From: Chloroflexota bacterium
GTDB taxonomy: Bacteria > Chloroflexota > UBA11872 > VXOZ01
DNA length: 64,000 nt
NCBI GenBank assembly: GCA_965220175.1
Contig: OZ244814.1
Coordinates: 300,992 to 364,991, forward strand
Direction of reading: 5' to 3'
Shown here: piece by piece, positions 1 through 8,930 of the stretch
Position numbering within the stretch: position 1 is the first letter of the stretch
Layout: every line of letters begins with the position of its first letter
Made by a program: the position numbers and the translations under genes
The notes under the pieces: model-generated
Databases searched by the model: none
The model's input: the letters and a program-made list of their open reading frames with translations, nothing else
Told to the model about the DNA's origin: nothing

Positions 1-272
1 CCTAATTGGTCCTCGAGCATCGCCGCATCGTCCTGATGCAGCATGGCGGGGGCGCCGGTTTGCTCGCGGTAAAAGTCAACGCAATCGACGTGATCGAAGT
101 GGCGGTGCGTATTGAGTATGTAGCGCAGCGTGAGCTGATTGTCCTGGATTGTCTGCAGCACGTCTTCGCTCATCATGGCGGGATCGATGATCGCCGCGTC
201 TTTGCTCTGCTCGTCCCAGAGCAGATAGACGTTATTGAGGAGCGGCCCCCGCACGAAGGTCTCCACCCTCAT
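1..272 (-). CDS. MBL-fold metallo-hydrolase (partial, N-terminal ~90 aa; gene continues beyond window start)
   Basis: Minus-strand translation from ATG at 272..270 reads MRVETFVRGPLLNNVYLLWDEQSKDAAIIDP...LNTHRHFDHVDCVDFY. It carries the HxHxDH metallo-beta-lactamase signature. The start overlaps the stop of the upstream gene by 4 nt (ATGA). Confidence 0.6.
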   Translation of the reverse strand, partial: MRVETFVRGPLLNNVYLLWDEQSKDAAIIDPAMMSEDVLQTIQDNQLTLRYILNTHRHFDHVDCVDFYREQTGAPAMLHQDDAAMLEDQL

Positions 273-1513
273 GCGGTGGTCTCTTTCTGGCCGGAACCGG
301 CCTTCTCGGTCGCCTCGCTATCCGCCGACGCCTCGACGGTAGCCGGCTCAGCCGCAGACGCCTGCGCTTCCGCGTCTTCCGCGCCAGCTTCTGCCGCGCT
401 CTTCACCTCTGAGTTTGACTGCTCTGCAGCGGCGGTGTCCGGCTCACCCGCCGGGGCGCTGTAGGCTTCAGCGAGGGCAGCAAATTCGGAGACTTCCTTT
501 GCAGCCTCACCTGTGCTAGCTGCCGGCTCTTGCGGTTCTGAAGATTGCGCCGCCTCTGCGGAAGCACTGGTCCCATCCCCGTTTTTTTCAACTGCCGGTT
601 CGGCTGCAACGGGCTCCGGCTTTGGGGGCGGGGGCGGCTTGGCGAACACTAACTCGCACCACGGATCGCCCGCCGTGAGATGGGAGTCCCACTTCACCTC
701 GGCGGCGCGTTCTGCGAGGAATGCCAAGTCATACGCGCCGCACGACTTGCAAAGGGCAACGTCGTCGGTCTCGGCAAAGCTAAACGGGCATTGGCGCATC
801 CGGACGCGGTAGTCTTTCCCGGTTTCGATGATCTGCAAACTGCCGTCGGGCAGCGCATTGCGGTGCATATCCGCCCACGAGCGCACGAGAGTCGCAGTAT
901 CCTGGTTGTCTCCGGTGTTCCTTTCGGCGGCGCGCGCACCGAGATCGCGATAGATGTCCGCCTGCTCCTCGAGCCAGCCCTCGCCAAGCCGCGTCTGGAG
1001 GCTGCGCATGAGTCCTGCAAAGAGGTCTTGCTGGAGCGGTGAACCGCTACCGGTCTGTGACCCCTGGGGCGTCCAGGTGGCGCCGCGCTCGCTCTTCGCC
1101 GGCCGCGCGGGCGTCTGCGCGGCGGCAACCGCTGCCGGCGCGTTGGCTTCCGCACCTACTTGATCGGGGCGTGTGGCACCGGCTTCCTTCGCTGTTTCAT
1201 CAAGACCGCGCTGGATGTCCACGCCGGCGGTCTTTACTTCGCTCTCTACCTTCTCCACGTCCTTCTGTACGTCCTCCGCGGTAGAGCGGACTTCGCCCTG
1301 AATTGAGGAAATCTCGCCGCGGATGGCGTCGATGTCTTCCTGTACGTCGCCGAGCTGATCTTTGAAGACTGCCAGGGCGTCGCCATAGCTCGAACGCAGC
1401 ATGCGGATGAAGCCGGTAAACTGGCGGATCACCCCGGGCAAGCGGTCCGGTCCCAGCAGGACCAGGCCCAGCACCAGGATGATCATAAGTTCCGGCAGGC
1501 CGATGTCAAACAT
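269..1513 (-). CDS. TatA/TatB-like twin-arginine translocase component fused to a long C-terminal extension (Cys-containing domain plus Ala/Glu/Pro-rich tail)
   Basis: N-terminus MFDIGLPELMIILVLGLVLLGPDRLPGVIRQFTGFIR is a TatA/TatB-type TM segment plus amphipathic helix. The 414-aa ORF then continues through a region with CPFSF...CKSCG cysteines and ends in low-complexity A/E/P-rich sequence. Confidence 0.6.
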   Translation of the reverse strand: MFDIGLPELMIILVLGLVLLGPDRLPGVIRQFTGFIRMLRSSYGDALAVFKDQLGDVQEDIDAIRGEISSIQGEVRSTAEDVQKDVEKVESEVKTAGVDIQRGLDETAKEAGATRPDQVGAEANAPAAVAAAQTPARPAKSERGATWTPQGSQTGSGSPLQQDLFAGLMRSLQTRLGEGWLEEQADIYRDLGARAAERNTGDNQDTATLVRSWADMHRNALPDGSLQIIETGKDYRVRMRQCPFSFAETDDVALCKSCGAYDLAFLAERAAEVKWDSHLTAGDPWCELVFAKPPPPPKPEPVAAEPAVEKNGDGTSASAEAAQSSEPQEPAASTGEAAKEVSEFAALAEAYSAPAGEPDTAAAEQSNSEVKSAAEAGAEDAEAQASAAEPATVEASADSEATEKAGSGQKETTA

Positions 1514-1793
1514 ATTCGCTCTTTTTCTGCGGAAGTCGCGTGTGGGCTTGCGCGGGCAGCGGCCCGCTTAGCCTTATTCTATCCCGCACAGCGCACAGGG
1601 GCAAAAGCGGTACGCTCAAGCCGGTAGCATGGGTCTCTAACCCCGTATGGAGTGCGGGACAGGCTCCGCGCCCGACAAAGGGCTGCCATGCGCCGGTTAC
1701 GTAGGTTCTCAACCTGCGCCCTGCAAATGCTGTACGTGCAAAGAGACACACAGTATCATGTGATTTGAATACGCACATGAGGGAGCATAACCG

Positions 1794-2084
1794 ATGGCAG
1801 TGCGACAGAGAGTATGGCAACCGGAGGTTTCGTGGCGCGCCTTTCGCAAGGAACTACCCAATGACTGGTGCCTGCGCATCAATGAACGCTACACGGTGCC
1901 GTTCGCCAATGGCTACGTCTTGCAGATAACCCGTGCGGAGCACAATGACGACGGCTGGGAGTGCGCGCTCGAGCGCCGGGGCCGCATCGCGAAGCACCCT
2001 GACTTTCCCTATGGGCCGCAGTTGATCATGGAAGAGACTGAGGTCGATGCCCTGGTTGAGCGTGTCGCGGGCTATCCTAGCTAG
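1794..2084 (+). CDS. hypothetical small protein (96 aa)
   Basis: ORF with a GGGAG-like RBS upstream in a locally lower-GC segment. Composition looks protein-like (W, Y, F, C present). No recognisable domain. Confidence 0.35.
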   Translation: MAVRQRVWQPEVSWRAFRKELPNDWCLRINERYTVPFANGYVLQITRAEHNDDGWECALERRGRIAKHPDFPYGPQLIMEETEVDALVERVAGYPS

Positions 2085-2228
2085 TACGTAACAGCCGTAC
2101 CATAGCAAGGCGGCCAGAGGTTCGCTAGGGTGCATGGGCCGGTTGGATTGTACTCCTCTAAGACCGATGGGGGTCTGCAACTGGAAGCCGGTCTCCCTTT
2201 TGGAAATCGACATGCAAGCGGAAGCGAG

Positions 2229-2324
2229 TCCGTCACTCCGGCGAACGCCGGAGTCCAGGGAAAAGAGCCGGAGAAGATGGATTCCGCGCCCCCGTACGGG
2301 GTCGAGCTTTCGCGGGAATGACGG
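2229..2324. repeat. Family A composite hairpin repeat (TCCGGCGAACGCCGGA module plus GGATTCC...CGCGGGAATGACGG module)
   Basis: Direct sequence match to copies at 11301..11355, 13665..13736, 29988..30452, 35983..36012, 41587..41781 and 58656..58702. It has perfect short inverted repeats around 4-nt loops. Confidence 0.8.
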
Positions 2325-2410
2325 ATTGTGTCGCGCTTGACTTCTGCTGCCGGAGACCTAGGTGCTTCTAAGCCAATCTCAACTCCGCGTGATGCTGAAA
2401 GGAACCGTCC

Positions 2411-3472
2411 GTGCCGATTGTCACCGCTGATGCCTTGCGCCAAATCGGCCGGGAGTTCTTTATTGCCTTAGGCTGTCTTCCTGATGACGCTCAGATTGTT
2501 GCCGACCACCTGGTGCAGTCGAGCCTCTATGGGCACGATTCCCACGGCATTCTGCGCATGTACGAGTATGCGGACGCCGTGAGCGAAGGACGCGTCCACC
2601 CCCAGAATGCGCCCGAGATCGTAAGCGAAAGCCCGTGCACGGCGGTGATCGACGCCAACGACGGCTTTGGACAAGTGGGCGCGACTCTGGCCGCCACCAT
2701 GGCGATCGAAAAGGCGCGGCAACACGGGCTGGCGAGTATCACCTTGCGCAGAGCAAGCCACATCGGCCGGGCGGGAGAATACCCCGCCATGATCGCTCGC
2801 GCCGGACTGATTGGCACGGCCTACGTCAACTTCGGTCGCTTGGGCATTCAGGTGGCGCCCTTTGGCGGCATTGACGGCCGCCTGGCGACGAATCCGCTGG
2901 CTTTCGCCGCGCCCCGCCGCGACGCTCCGCCCATCATGGTGGACATGACGACGAGCACCGTCGCCGACGGCAAGATCCGTTTGGCTACCAATCTCGGGAA
3001 GCCGCTGCCGGAGGGTTGGATCCTTGATGCGGACGGCAAACCCAGCACGGACCCGCACGACTACTTTGCCGAGCCGCGCGGGGCAATCCTGCCGCTGGGC
3101 GGCCCGCTCGGCCATAAGGGCTACGCGCTGTCTATGATGGTGGAACTCTGCGCCGGGGGCCTGAGCGGTCAGGGCATGGCTTCCGGCGACCCGCGAGCGC
3201 CCGCCAATGCCTTCCTGCTTACCGCCTACAACATCGAGCACTTTACGGACATGGAATTCTTCTACGAAGAGGTGGAAGCCCTGGTCGGCCACGTCAAGTC
3301 GAGCCGCACCGCGCCGGGCGTGACGGAGATACTCTTACCCGGCGAGCCGGAGTTTCGCACCGAGCGTGAGCGCAAACAGTCGGGCATCTCCATCGACGAT
3401 ACCACCTGGGATAGGGTCTGCGCCGCGGCGCGTGACATCGGCCTCGATCCAACTTCCTGGGATTTCGCCTGA
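2411..3472 (+). CDS. Ldh_2 family (malate/L-lactate dehydrogenase family 2) NAD(P)H-dependent oxidoreductase, paralog 1
   Basis: GTG start with AAAGGA RBS. Conserved DSHG, HIGRAGEYP, FGGIDGRLATNPLAFAAP and GGPLGHKGYALS blocks typical of the ureidoglycolate / sulfolactate / pyrroline-2-carboxylate reductase family. Its antisense ORF 2468..3292 is judged spurious. Confidence 0.85.
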   Translation: MPIVTADALRQIGREFFIALGCLPDDAQIVADHLVQSSLYGHDSHGILRMYEYADAVSEGRVHPQNAPEIVSESPCTAVIDANDGFGQVGATLAATMAIEKARQHGLASITLRRASHIGRAGEYPAMIARAGLIGTAYVNFGRLGIQVAPFGGIDGRLATNPLAFAAPRRDAPPIMVDMTTSTVADGKIRLATNLGKPLPEGWILDADGKPSTDPHDYFAEPRGAILPLGGPLGHKGYALSMMVELCAGGLSGQGMASGDPRAPANAFLLTAYNIEHFTDMEFFYEEVEALVGHVKSSRTAPGVTEILLPGEPEFRTERERKQSGISIDDTTWDRVCAAARDIGLDPTSWDFA

Positions 3473-3490
3473 TGCCAAGAGGAGCCGCCT

Positions 3491-4555
3491 GTGCCTACCG
3501 TCGCCGCTGACACTTTGCGCCGCATTGGGTACGCCTGCTTCGAGGCCTTGGGCTGCCGTGCGGATGACGCGCGCATAGTCGCCGATCACCTGGTGCAATC
3601 CAACCTCTTCGGCCATGATTCCCACGGTGTAACCCACATTGAACGGTATGGCCGCGCCGTGTGGGAAGAGCGGCGGGTTGATCCGCAAGCCGTGCCGGAA
3701 GTCGTGCGTGAGCACCCTTGTACGGCAGTGGTGGACGCGCATCATGGGTTCGGCCAGGTGGGCGCGACCTTCGCAACCGAGCTCTTGATCAAGAAGGCGC
3801 AGCAGCACGGTGTCGCCAGTGTCGCATTGCGCAACACAAGCCACATTGGCAGGGCCGGCGCGTACCCACTGATGGTGGCGCGGGCCGGCATGATCGGGCT
3901 GGTCTTCGTCAACGCCGGTCGGATGGGTTTTCAGGTCGCGCCGTTCGGCGGCATCGACGGCCGCCTGGGCACAAATCCGCTGGCCTTTGCCGCGCCGCGC
4001 CGCGCACACGCGCCGCTCTTTGTGGACATGAGTTCCTCAACCGTCGCCGACGGCAAGATCTATCTCGCCGCTAATCAGGGCAAGCCGGTGCCTGAGGGCT
4101 GGTTCGTCGACGCGGACGGCAACCCCAGCACCGACCCGCATGCGTACTTTGAAGAACCGCGCGGGGCTGTGCTCCCGCTGGGCGGGCCTCTAGGGCACAA
4201 GGGGTTTGCGTTGAGCATGCTGATGGAGATCTGCGGTGGAGGGATGAGCGGCCAGGGCATGTCTCAAGGCGACATGCGCGTGAGCAGCAACGGCGTACTC
4301 ATGACCGCCTACGACATCGCCCAGATCGGCGATGTGGAGTTCTTCTATGACGAGGTAGAGGCCCTTGCGCGCCACGTCAAGTCAAGCCGCACGGCGCCCG
4401 GCGTAGACGAAATCCTGCTTCCCGGCGAACCGGAATACCGCGCCGAGCGCGAGCGGACACAAGCGGGCATCCCCATTGACGACACCACGTGGGAGAAGCT
4501 CTGCGCGGCTGCGCGGCACCTCGGCTTGGAACCGACTGCCTGGAAACTCTGCTAA
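3491..4555 (+). CDS. Ldh_2 family oxidoreductase, paralog 2
   Basis: GTG start with GAGGAG RBS, 18 nt after paralog 1. Same conserved blocks. About 75% identical to paralog 3 by eye. Confidence 0.85.
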   Translation: MPTVAADTLRRIGYACFEALGCRADDARIVADHLVQSNLFGHDSHGVTHIERYGRAVWEERRVDPQAVPEVVREHPCTAVVDAHHGFGQVGATFATELLIKKAQQHGVASVALRNTSHIGRAGAYPLMVARAGMIGLVFVNAGRMGFQVAPFGGIDGRLGTNPLAFAAPRRAHAPLFVDMSSSTVADGKIYLAANQGKPVPEGWFVDADGNPSTDPHAYFEEPRGAVLPLGGPLGHKGFALSMLMEICGGGMSGQGMSQGDMRVSSNGVLMTAYDIAQIGDVEFFYDEVEALARHVKSSRTAPGVDEILLPGEPEYRAERERTQAGIPIDDTTWEKLCAAARHLGLEPTAWKLC

Positions 4556-4656
4556 GGTGAAGTCGCGAACCTGAGTGGAATGCCGCCTCGTACGCGTCCG
4601 GCCAAGACTAATTTCCTGCTCAGACTTGACTGGTCCAACGCCGAAAGGAGCCGTTT

Positions 4657-5721
4657 GTGCCTACCGTAACCGCTGAAGCCCTGCGCCGCATTGGCTACGC
4701 CTTCTTTGAAGCGCTGGGCTGCCGACCGGATGATGCCCGCATCATTCAGGACCATCTTGTCCAGTCCAATCTCTACGGCCATGACTCCCACGGCGTGGTG
4801 CGCATGGAGCAGTACTGGCACGCCGTGCGGGAAGAGGGTGTGGTTGACCCGCAAGCGGCGCCGGAAGTCGTGCGTGAACACCCGTGCACCGCGGTCGTGG
4901 ACGCGCATCACGGCTTCGGTCAGGTGGGCGCGGTGTTTGCCACGAAGCTCTTGATAGAGAAGGCGCAACAGTACGGCATCGCCAGTGTCTCGCTGCGCAA
5001 TACGAGCCACATCGGCAGAGTGGGCGAGTATCCGCACATGGTCGCGCAGGCCGGCATGATCGGGCTGATTTTTGTCAATGCGGGGAGGCTGGGCTTTCAG
5101 GTCGCGCCCTTTGGCGGTATCGACGGCCGGCTGGGCACGAATCCACTCGCATTTGCCGCGCCGCGGCGCAACGATCCGCCCTTTTTCGTGGACTTGACGA
5201 CGTCCACCGTCGCCGACGGCAAGATCAAGATAGCCGCTAACGAAGGTAAGCCCTTGCCCGAGGGCTGGATTGTCGATGCGGATGGCAACCCCAGCACGGA
5301 TCCCAGCGACTACTGGGACGAGCCGCGCGGGGCTGTGCTGCCGGTGGGCGGCCCTTTGGGACACAAAGGCACTGCGCTGAGCATGCTGAATGAGATCTGC
5401 GGCGGCGGATTGAGCGGACAGGGCATGTCGGCCGGCGACATGCGAGTGGACAGCAACGGCGTGCACATGACCGCCTACGACATCGGGCAGTTTGTGGAGC
5501 CGGAGTTCTTCTATGACGAGATCGATACGCTCATCAGCCACGTGAAAACCAGCCGCCCGGCTGCCGGCGTGGACGAGGTCCTGGTCGCCAGCGAGCCGGA
5601 GTACCGCGCGCAGCGTGAGCGCGAAAAGACGGGCATCCCTATCGACGAAACGACGTGGAGCAAGCTCTGCGACGCTGCCCGCGACCTGGGATTGAAACCG
5701 GATACCTGGGTACTGGCCTAG
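4657..5721 (+). CDS. Ldh_2 family oxidoreductase, paralog 3
   Basis: GTG start with AAGGAG RBS. Same family blocks. The 409-aa antisense ORF 4552..5781 is judged spurious. Confidence 0.85.
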   Translation: MPTVTAEALRRIGYAFFEALGCRPDDARIIQDHLVQSNLYGHDSHGVVRMEQYWHAVREEGVVDPQAAPEVVREHPCTAVVDAHHGFGQVGAVFATKLLIEKAQQYGIASVSLRNTSHIGRVGEYPHMVAQAGMIGLIFVNAGRLGFQVAPFGGIDGRLGTNPLAFAAPRRNDPPFFVDLTTSTVADGKIKIAANEGKPLPEGWIVDADGNPSTDPSDYWDEPRGAVLPVGGPLGHKGTALSMLNEICGGGLSGQGMSAGDMRVDSNGVHMTAYDIGQFVEPEFFYDEIDTLISHVKTSRPAAGVDEVLVASEPEYRAQREREKTGIPIDETTWSKLCDAARDLGLKPDTWVLA

Positions 5722-5803
5722 AACGGAATTGGTAGACTTGGGTCTAGACCGTGGAGAAATGAAATTAGACGTATGAACCAACGTCTAAGGTGGGTCCTCG
5801 GAT

Positions 5804-5900
5804 CGTCATTCTGAGGAGCGGAGCGACGAAGAATCTCGAATCAGGAGCTCTTTAGATTCCACGAACCGTGTTCGACGAACCCCGTTCGACGCTGAGCTTG
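5804..5900. repeat. Intergenic hairpin repeats (family E GTCATTCTGAGGAGCGGAGCGACGAAGAATC plus partial family B CGTTCGACGCTGAGCTTGG)
   Basis: Reverse-complement copy of the family E core at 25491..25523. The family B motif recurs at 8931..8990, 18497..18575, 19849..19986, 27203..27264 and 58753..58810. Confidence 0.6.
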
Positions 5901-5981
5901 GAGTGACAGGAAACGACTCCCTCAACGCTACCAAGTCTATTGCTACTAAGTCCGGCCTAGAAGACTCTTGCGCTAGAAAGG

Positions 5982-7052
5982 ATGCCGGTTGTGCCGACTT
6001 TCACAGCAAATACCTTGCGCCGCATCGGCGAAGAATTCTTGATCGCCCTGGGATGCCGTCCAGCAGACGCGCAGCTTGTGGCCGATCACCTTCTTCAGTC
6101 AAACCTCTTCGGCCATGATTCCCATGGTGTTTTGCGTTTGTATGAATATGCCCGCGCCGTGCATGAAGGACGCCTCGATCCCTTGGGTTCGCCGGAAATC
6201 GTGAGCGAACACGCTTGCACGGCGGTCGTGGACGCGCACGACGGCTTCGGCCACGTGGGCGCGGCTCTGGCAACCAAGCTGGCGATCGAGAAGGCGCGGC
6301 AGCATGGCTTGGCAAGCGTTTCGCTGCGCCGCGCGAGCCACATCGGCCGGGCGGGAGCGTATCCCCTGGTGATGGCCCAGGCAGGCATGCTCGGTGTGGC
6401 CTACGTCAACTCCGGCCGCATGGGATTCCAAGTAGTGCCGTTCGGCGGCATCGACGGTCGCCTTGGCACCAATCCGCTGGCCTTCGCCGCGCCCCGCCGC
6501 GCCGACCCGCCCATCATGGTGGATATGACGACCTGCACCGTTGCCGACGGCAAGATCCGCGTGGCCACCAATCTCGGCAAACCGCTGCCGGAGGGCTGGA
6601 TCATCGATAAGGCAGGCAATCCCAGCACGGACCCGCAAGTGTATTGGGAGGAACCGCGCGGCGGAATCTTACCTCTCGGCGGTCCGCTCGGGCACAAGGG
6701 CTATGCGCTCAGCTTGATGATGGAACTCAGCGCCGGCGGGCTGAGCGGACACGGCATGTCTTCGGGCGACATGCGCTCACCCGGCAACGGTGCGCTGTTC
6801 ACCGCATACGACATCGCCCACTTCACTGACCTGGACTCCTACTACGACGAGGTTGAGGCCATGGCAAGGCACGTCAAGTCAAGCCGTCCCGCGCCGGGCG
6901 TGACTGAGATATTCCTGCCCGGCGAGCCGGAGTTCCGCACGGAGCGCGAGCGTAAGCAAACAGGCATCTCCATTGACGAGACTACATGGGCAAAGCTCTG
7001 CGAATCCGCTCGCGAACTGGGCCTGGATCCTGGCGCTTGGTGGAATCCGTAA
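5982..7052 (+). CDS. Ldh_2 family oxidoreductase, paralog 4
   Basis: Same family blocks. Most similar to paralog 1. The start may be the in-frame GTG at 5991 rather than ATG at 5982. Confidence 0.8.
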   Translation: MPVVPTFTANTLRRIGEEFLIALGCRPADAQLVADHLLQSNLFGHDSHGVLRLYEYARAVHEGRLDPLGSPEIVSEHACTAVVDAHDGFGHVGAALATKLAIEKARQHGLASVSLRRASHIGRAGAYPLVMAQAGMLGVAYVNSGRMGFQVVPFGGIDGRLGTNPLAFAAPRRADPPIMVDMTTCTVADGKIRVATNLGKPLPEGWIIDKAGNPSTDPQVYWEEPRGGILPLGGPLGHKGYALSLMMELSAGGLSGHGMSSGDMRSPGNGALFTAYDIAHFTDLDSYYDEVEAMARHVKSSRPAPGVTEIFLPGEPEFRTERERKQTGISIDETTWAKLCESARELGLDPGAWWNP

Positions 7053-7245
7053 GACGAAGATTCGTCGCCACTCAACTCAAGGGACACTGCGATTGGGGTG
7101 TTGGGTGAGGAGTGGCGGGGATGCGTCTTCCATGACGCAGCAGAGGGGGTAGACTGTGTTCTTTGGTAGTTACCGGTTCAACAATTCTACGATTGCTAAG
7201 CAAACGCTATAATTGGAATATAGGATGTGAACCCTGGAGGCCGCG

Positions 7246-7527
7246 ATGGACGCAAAGCAAGCAGTGCAAGAAGCAAAAAACTACATATTGGATCTCTTTG
7301 AAGGCGAAGACATCGAATATGTCGGCCTCGAGGAAGTAGAGTTCGACCACGAATCTGAAGAGTGGAAGGTTACCCTAGGCTTCTCGCGCCCTTGGGATCG
7401 TCCCAAGTCACTTTCGGTTGCGCTGCGCGACGAGCCGCTTAGGCGCTCCTACAAATTAGTTCGTATAGACGACACTACGGGTAAAGTCACATCTGTTAGG
7501 GACCGCGCCCTGGTGACCGCAAGATAG
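7246..7527 (+). CDS. hypothetical acidic small protein (93 aa), candidate partner of downstream PIN nuclease
   Basis: GGAGG RBS. Preceded by a low-GC leader with a TATAAT hexamer at about 7212..7217. Stop is 5 nt before the PIN gene start. No known antitoxin fold recognised. Confidence 0.5.
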   Translation: MDAKQAVQEAKNYILDLFEGEDIEYVGLEEVEFDHESEEWKVTLGFSRPWDRPKSLSVALRDEPLRRSYKLVRIDDTTGKVTSVRDRALVTAR

Positions 7528-7532
7528 GTTCG

Positions 7533-7997
7533 ATGCCGACACCAGGTGTCTTCATCGACACGAACCTCCTATTGCTCCTCGTCGTGGGCAGTGCCGACAA
7601 GGCCATAGTTGCGAAACACAAGCGGCTAAAGGGTTACACGGCAGAGGATTACGATACTCTTCTCGACCTACTCGATCTCTTTCCCCAAGTCCTAGTCACG
7701 CCCCACACGCTCGCGGAGACCTCCAATCTCCTTGCGCAACACAACGATCCCGAGCGAACCCGGCTGTTTGGGCAACTCCGTTTCCTCATCCATGAATGTA
7801 AGGAAGTGGCAATTGCAGGTACCGTCGCTGCAAACAACAGTGCGTTCCCGCAGCTTGGACTGACAGACTCGGCTCTATTGGAGGTGGTAGCGCCTGAATC
7901 TCCGCTGCTCACTGTCGACTGGGGGCTATTCCAGCAGGCATTGGCAAGAGGATCGGACACGGCGGTCAATTTCACGGATTTTCGGGGACTCGATTGA
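7533..7997 (+). CDS. PIN-domain ribonuclease (VapC-like)
   Basis: N-terminal VFIDTNLLLLLVVG plus downstream conserved acidic residues (LAETSN, LTDSAL, TVDWG) match the four-acidic-residue PIN active site. Confidence 0.7.
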   Translation: MPTPGVFIDTNLLLLLVVGSADKAIVAKHKRLKGYTAEDYDTLLDLLDLFPQVLVTPHTLAETSNLLAQHNDPERTRLFGQLRFLIHECKEVAIAGTVAANNSAFPQLGLTDSALLEVVAPESPLLTVDWGLFQQALARGSDTAVNFTDFRGLD

Positions 7998-8121
7998 CCG
8001 CAGGGAATTTCAAGAGGAAGCTGTTTCGCGGTGCCGCCAATCTCTTGGTTCAAGACGTTGGCGGCGTGGTCAATGCCCCAGTTCGGCAAATTCGAAGAGG
8101 CCTAGGACAGAATCAGCCCAC

Positions 8122-8790
8122 TCAAAACAAGCTGAGTTGATCGTCAGCAGGCTCATCGGCGGCAGCAGCGGATTCCGCGGGTGCCTCCTGCTTCTGCTCA
8201 AAGTACCCATCGGCCTGTAGTTCCTTCAGGCGTTTGGCTATGGCGGGGAGCCGTTGCACGTCTTCGAAGAGCATCTGCTTGATGGCGGGAGTGCGCAATC
8301 CGGCGGCGGGATGGTAGAAGGGCACGTAGGCGCGGCCGTCGGCGAACTTGGGTTCGCCGTGCACGGCGGAAATTTTGGCGCCGGGGAAGAAGCGCGCCAG
8401 TGAATAGCGGCCGAGCGTGACGACGATGCGCGGGTCGATGGCGGCAAGCTGGCGTTCGAGAAACGCGTTGCAGGCGGCGATTTCGTCCGGCTGGGGATCG
8501 CGGTTGCCGGGCGGGCGGCACTTGACGACGTTGGTGATAAACACCTGCTCGCGCCGCAAACCCACCGCCTCCAGCATCTCCTCCAGCAGCTTGCCCGCCT
8601 GGCCGACAAAGGGCCGCCCCTGCTGGTCTTCGTGAAACCCCGGCCCCTCGCCGATGAACATGATGCCGCTCTTGATGGCGCCCTCACCCGGGACGGCCTT
8701 GGTGCGCTGCTCACACAAACGGCACGCCGTGCACCGTCGCACTTCCGCGCCAATTGCGTCCAACACTTGCTCAGGGGATTCTGCCGCCAC
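8122..8790 (-). CDS. uracil-DNA glycosylase, family 4 (4Fe-4S type)
   Basis: GEGPG motif, CTAC...C cysteines, VVKCRPPGNRDP and HPAA motifs characteristic of family 4 UDG. Confidence 0.85.
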   Translation of the reverse strand: MAAESPEQVLDAIGAEVRRCTACRLCEQRTKAVPGEGAIKSGIMFIGEGPGFHEDQQGRPFVGQAGKLLEEMLEAVGLRREQVFITNVVKCRPPGNRDPQPDEIAACNAFLERQLAAIDPRIVVTLGRYSLARFFPGAKISAVHGEPKFADGRAYVPFYHPAAGLRTPAIKQMLFEDVQRLPAIAKRLKELQADGYFEQKQEAPAESAAAADEPADDQLSLF

Positions 8791-8930
8791 CGGGAAACTC
8801 CGTTGCTAAAGACAAGAGGCTCGCAGCCACCAGTGCTCATAGGCACAATCTGCACCTACAGTACAGAATCTGCCCAAAAAGGGGCAAGGGGGACCATTCC
8901 GCTCGCGCCAGACTTGCTAGGGCTAGGCTA

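Noticed and set aside
6-464. 152-aa plus-strand ORF at the window start.
   Set aside because: It overlaps the minus-strand MBL-fold gene (1..272) and the 3' end of the TatA-like gene, both of which have recognisable signatures. The plus-strand translation has no motif.
1506-1820. 104-aa minus-strand ORF upstream of the TatA-like gene.
   Set aside because: Cys/His/Arg-rich junk composition in the divergent promoter region. It overlaps the start region of ORF 1794..2084.
4552-5781. 409-aa minus-strand ORF fully antisense to Ldh_2 paralog 3. Similar long antisense ORFs occur at 2468..3292, 3335..4009, 6099..6638, 10073..11194, 11642..12262, 12745..13281, 14606..15220, 16146..16820, 21287..22282, 22541..23731, 23959..24726, 25953..26939, 30586..31686, 33673..34449, 39459..40160, 47965..48738, 54269..55090, 55218..55976, 59175..59945, 62069..62779 and 62758..63870.
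   Set aside because: Each lies opposite a gene whose translation has clear family-specific motifs. The antisense translations are dominated by R/A/G/V/H/P as expected for GC-rich antisense frames, and none shows a recognisable domain.
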